From: Raillietiella orientalis
Taxonomy: Eukaryota
NCBI GenBank assembly: GCA_036172245.1
Contig: JAYWIR010000025.1
Span: 2,666,001-2,730,000, forward strand
Length of the DNA stretch: 64,000 nucleotides
Reading direction: 5' to 3'
Part shown: one piece after another, positions 60,039-64,000 of the stretch
Position numbering within the stretch: the stretch's first letter is position 1
Layout of the letters: each line of letters starts with the position of its first letter
Notes under the pieces: generated by a model
The model's database searches: none
What the model was told of the DNA's origin: nothing
The model's input: only the letters and a program-made list of their open reading frames with translations
Translations under genes and position numbers: made by a program

Positions 60039-61009
60039 GCTTGCCTCTGCACATGATATGTATACATGGAACCCAGTTATGCGATTGAAAATTCCGAGGA
60101 AAGCAGAGACGGCAAAAAACAGCACTTCCGAACTGGTTGTTTCCAATTTGTCTTCCCTAACATTTGTTTACCTTCTTGATCCCACAGTGCATCCAGAATG
60201 ATATGAGAAACAATTCGGAGGCATAAATTCAGCAGCAGCATCATTTCCAGCCCTGCATTTTGACTACCAGAGGAAATTAATGAGATTACCGTGCTGGATG
60301 ATGATTCATAATCATGTTCTCCGTTCACTAATGCTGGCGGAACATTCGTGACGACATGTGCAGAAAGTGTTCCTAATGAACGCCACCCATTCCCAGAGAA
60401 TGGAAAGTGAGCTGCCAGACAAATGCGTTTACAAATGTAGCTTGAAAAGAGAACTTTGTCAGTATTTTATCTCCATTGCGGTGGATATCTTCCTGAGGTT
60501 TCAAGAACAGGAACAAAAATCCTGAAACCAGGCAGAGAACCAGACCGCGGAGATGATTTCGAGCATGGATTAATCGTTGCTCCCGGCGATGCTGCAGATG
60601 TTGTTGCAGGTACTCCCGTCGGTTGAAGCGCAGTTTCCGAACTCCGGGTTTCCAGGACTACCCTGCTCCCTTCTTGAGAGGTTGCGGTTAGGGTTCTCAC
60701 GGAGTTTCGAGTAAAAAGAGCTTCCTGGCTCATTATTTCCTGCTATTCGAAGGAGCGGAAGATCTGCATAGAGTACAGATAGTCGCATTCCTTACCTTGG
60801 CATTTACGATTTTTTTCTCCTTCTTTCTCTTGGTTTTTCTTAAAATACCTTTCCTTGTATTAAGAAATGATACTTTTCATCATTTGCAGCAAATTGTGAA
60901 ATTCGTTGACGTTCACAAATTTCCCTCCCAGAAGACAACCGCTTCCTAAAAGTCACCTGCATATTTTTCCATTTTTCTTCCGATCGGCTGTTCCAAAAAT
61001 TGATTGATT

Positions 61010-62150
61010 GAAAGTTCAGAGAGATACTTAAACAGAAATTAATTACATCAGCTACCTCGGAATGACAGTTCGCATCGAAGGGCTCTGAGATGCCCCTGAG
61101 ATCTTTCGATTTTGCCGGTCTTCCGTTGATGGAAGTAAACAAACAGATCGATCCCGTGTTCGTAATTAGCTCTCGTCGCAGGCATCTGAGATGAAATCAG
61201 TGATACAATGCACGTGTGTGATCATTAAATAACTTATTCAGATGATTTACTTCTTGCCTTTTTTTTTAAAAAAAAAAAACATATACATATTTTATTTTGT
61301 TTTTTTCAACGCTGGGACCACTTGCTTCATGTACATCAGCGGAACAGCGGCATTCATCAAGAGCTGTATAATTTGGAGCAGCACGTCGATCGAGACGGCT
61401 CCGGTTGGTGCTTCGTGAATCTTCCAGAAGCTGCCTCCAAAGCTGCTCTGGATGTGCTGTGCCACCATGTCGCCGTGCACACGCAGCAAGCTGAATTCAG
61501 CCATCGTTCTAGTCACCACGAATCAAAATTTCCAATCAGGATTCTTAGCATGTTTATGAATGATGGTGTTTGGGGGCCCAGTGGGATATATATAGCATCG
61601 ACGGCACATGTCTATGCGGTATTTGGCAAGATGCGCTTTTTGCTTCATCTTTGGTATTCGTCATTTATTGCTCGGAACGATGCGATCCAATCGTGCTTCC
61701 GCGGAAACAAAGGTCCCTCGATGGTGGTGGCAAAGAGGCAGACGCGATCAAGAAAAAAAATCAGCTTCTGCTTTAATCCCGAAGTTCACGAAGTAGTGTC
61801 TCGTAGAAGGAAGTGCATTCTCCTTAGAAACCCCCTCGTATTTTCGGATTTAAGCGCGTAAGAGCAGCACGAGCATTCCTTTCTTGATGCCATCTTTGGA
61901 GACCGAAGCTCTTGCAGAATAGGGGGAAGAGCAGAGCTTGGGTTTCCTTCGATGACACCCTGCTTGTGGTTTAGGAACTTGCATCGCGCCTGGGAGAAGT
62001 CTGAGGATTTACCAAGTGCTCGCAGCTTCTTGCGTTTGAATGCAAGACTCGTCACCGCCCCTGCAGTCGAAGAAATGGACCGCATTCGTGCTGCTGCGAG
62101 CTGGAGAGAGATCTCCGACAACACTGTAAACCAGTGTTTTATTTTACAGT
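61010..62150 (+). mobile_element. Tigger/pogo transposase relic, nearly full length
   Basis: Ordered: FREILKQK (~STILKNK), EVNKQIDPVF, SGIHQE..GSGW (~SGPxIQEKA..ASxGW), SCFRG (~PRCFKG), FNPEV..RKCILL (~FVPEV..RKxLLL), PSMTPCLWFRNLHRAW (~PMDQGIIRNLKxxY), AASWREISDNTVNQCF (~AAAWxEVSxxTIxNCF). Confidence 0.72.
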
Positions 62151-62299
62151 GCTTTCAAGGAATGCAAATGCTACGTGAACGTGCAGGGCAGTGACTACCG
62201 ACACGCCACGCGCGGGCGCGCCATCCATCAAAGAAGGTGATTCTTCCTGCTACTGCTGAGAATTCTCTCAAACTGAAATCTTCCATTTTGCTGCATTTA

Positions 62300-64000
62300 C
62301 AGGAGGCAGGGTGTTCCGATTCAAAGAACCTCGTGCTCCAAACATCACTGCAGGTTTGGAACGAAGATGGGTCTTTCGCTCCCAACCAGAACTTCCACTT
62401 CTTTCGACTACCACAAGATGAAGGTCACAGATTTCCCTCTCGAATCGAAGAAAGTCTTTATGGAGAACTTCCGCGAGAGCACAAGGAGGTACGAGCGGAA
62501 GCAGACGGCGAAAAGCTCTCTTTCGCTGATCCATTCCGATGCACCTCGGAGGACGTCGAGGCAACGGGGCAGAGTCCCTCGAGATTCTGTTCCACGAGCA
62601 TGATCGCTCGCGGGCGGACAATCGACCTACGCGAGCACTCTGATTCAATGCGAGTCTCCCTCCAGCAAGGGTGGTCACGTGGAAGAAGTCTGACCGCGGC
62701 GAAGGCGACTTCCTCCTCTATTCTTCTTTCTGGTTCATTCCCCCAGGGGCGGCTTCGCTTTCCTCCCGACCGTCGGCAGCCGCAGTCCATAATAAGAATT
62801 GCAGACCAACTCAAAGGACAGCGGGAAAACCGAAAGACCAGAGAAGGAAGTTCCCGAGGGCCGTCCCCTCGGCGATATCTCCGGATTTCCGGCCAAATAC
62901 TCGCGTGTTCCATGTGGGTCGGCCAGCTCCGTGCTAGGTAGGTCGTCACCGGACCCTTTACCGAGTAGGAGTAGGGGAAGATGCGAAAGGGAGTGCCGAA
63001 TAAGGTCAGTGGAAGCTCTTGAAGAGAGACCTCGGTGAGAAACGAAGAACGAGTAAGCGTTGCGTTTCGCAGCCCTGGTGACCAAGCAACGGCTTCCATC
63101 CCATGAAATATTATTTCCACCGACGATAAGGTCTCCTATCGGTTCTGGAGATCTAGCAGATCAGTAACTTCTCACGCTTGGAAAATCAGGTCACACTTTT
63201 CGTGTGCTGCGAAGTCGGCGGTCGAAAGTGCCATCTGTCGGAGCTTCTTCCTCGGAGATCTGAGGGGGAGAGAGAGTGAAAGCGACGAGGCAGAAGTCAG
63301 AATGGCTGAGTGGGAGACGGATGCACAGGAGGACCGGTCCGCGCGAGAAAAATTGCTGAGATGGAGATTCCGCAGTTCGAGCTCGGTAGGGCGCCGAGCT
63401 GCCACGGGCTGATACGGTGCTTAGCAGCACCCATTCCGATCTGGGACTCAGGGGAAAGGGAAGTGAGATAGGCTTTCCTCGATCTGCTTCTCCTCCTTGC
63501 GTCCTTGTATCTGCCCACAGGCACACTTGACGCTCTCCAGTAAAACACCACCGGTGACCAGTTTTCGGCTTCGTGTCTTCTCCTGGCACCGCGGCTACAT
63601 CCTTCCCCTAGATGGGAGGTGAAACGAGGTTCTCTGGGACACCTTGCAAAAAGCAGAGTAGTCCTTCGTTTGCACCTTGATGAACAGCATGAACTGGAGA
63701 AGCCGGTCAGATAGACCAGAACGGCTTGACGCGAGCGCAGCACGCTCCAAGATCGAAAGATCACGCGACGGAGATGCGAAGAGCGGGAAATGCCAGCCGC
63801 CCCTCTCTCCAGGGGATGATGCAAAGGAAGACTCACCGAATACGAGCCAGGTGCGCTGTCGGGGGCTTTACTTGCCTCAGGTGAAGTTCCGAGCTGGCTT
63901 CCACCACCGGCAGCCATTCGTGCCGAGACCTCTGCATCCAAGTCGGGGGCCGCTCTGTCACGGAGTTTGGAAGTTCCCCAGGACCTGCAGCTCTTTCTGG
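62300..64000 (-). mobile_element. BEL/Pao RT-RNase H relic (runs off window end)
   Basis: Ordered on minus: GSYSVSLP (~GRYxVSLP), EDTKPKT / PVVF (~EDKxTTKxRVVF), FSRGPVLL..LVAFT (~LxxGPxL..VAFTAD), SPGLRNATL (~SPFLLNAT), GDDL (~VDDL), IESECSR, LAEVLHKDFLRFEREICDLHLVVVER (~LPxEL..WxxWxxELxxLxxxxIPR), FQTCSD (~LHxFSDAS). Confidence 0.72.

Noticed and set aside
1..64000. Degeneracy explained by raw sequencing error
   Set aside because: The ~185-bp near-identical inverted-repeat core, the perfect 22-bp stem and the exact 25-mer show low per-base error. Homopolymer-length errors remain possible.

Overview
This window looks like eukaryotic DNA, very probably from an invertebrate animal (BEL/Pao and Tigger/pogo relics, microsatellites, no CpG depletion). 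I see no intact gene, rRNA, CRISPR array or prokaryotic operon, and almost all supplied ORFs are stop-poor artefacts of GC-rich sequence. Reading across frameshifts, most of the window resolves into an edge-to-edge mosaic of about 25 heavily decayed transposable-element relics on both strands. These are 4 DIRS-type tyrosine-recombinase retroelements, 3 NeSL/Utopia-like RLE LINE pieces, 5 Ty3/gypsy (one apparently in Gmr1-like gag-IN-RT-RH order), 2 Ty1/copia, 2 BEL/Pao, CR1/jockey-like and L1/Tx1-like LINE pieces, 3 Tigger/pogo, Tc1, MULE, Harbinger and a tRNA-derived SINE-like pair. All family calls come from manual motif recognition in ordered series, not HMM searches, and boundaries are approximate. 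The most unusual features seen directly are three. First, near-identical repeat pairs and perfect hairpins occur at short range (<=2 kb) inside otherwise extremely diverged DNA, including a ~415 bp inverted repeat whose arms are most identical in the middle. Second, sharp GC-rich and AT-rich blocks cut across elements. Third, a LINE/tRNA-SINE junction is present twice and linked by an 11-nt microhomology. I found no evidence of a new protein-coding system.
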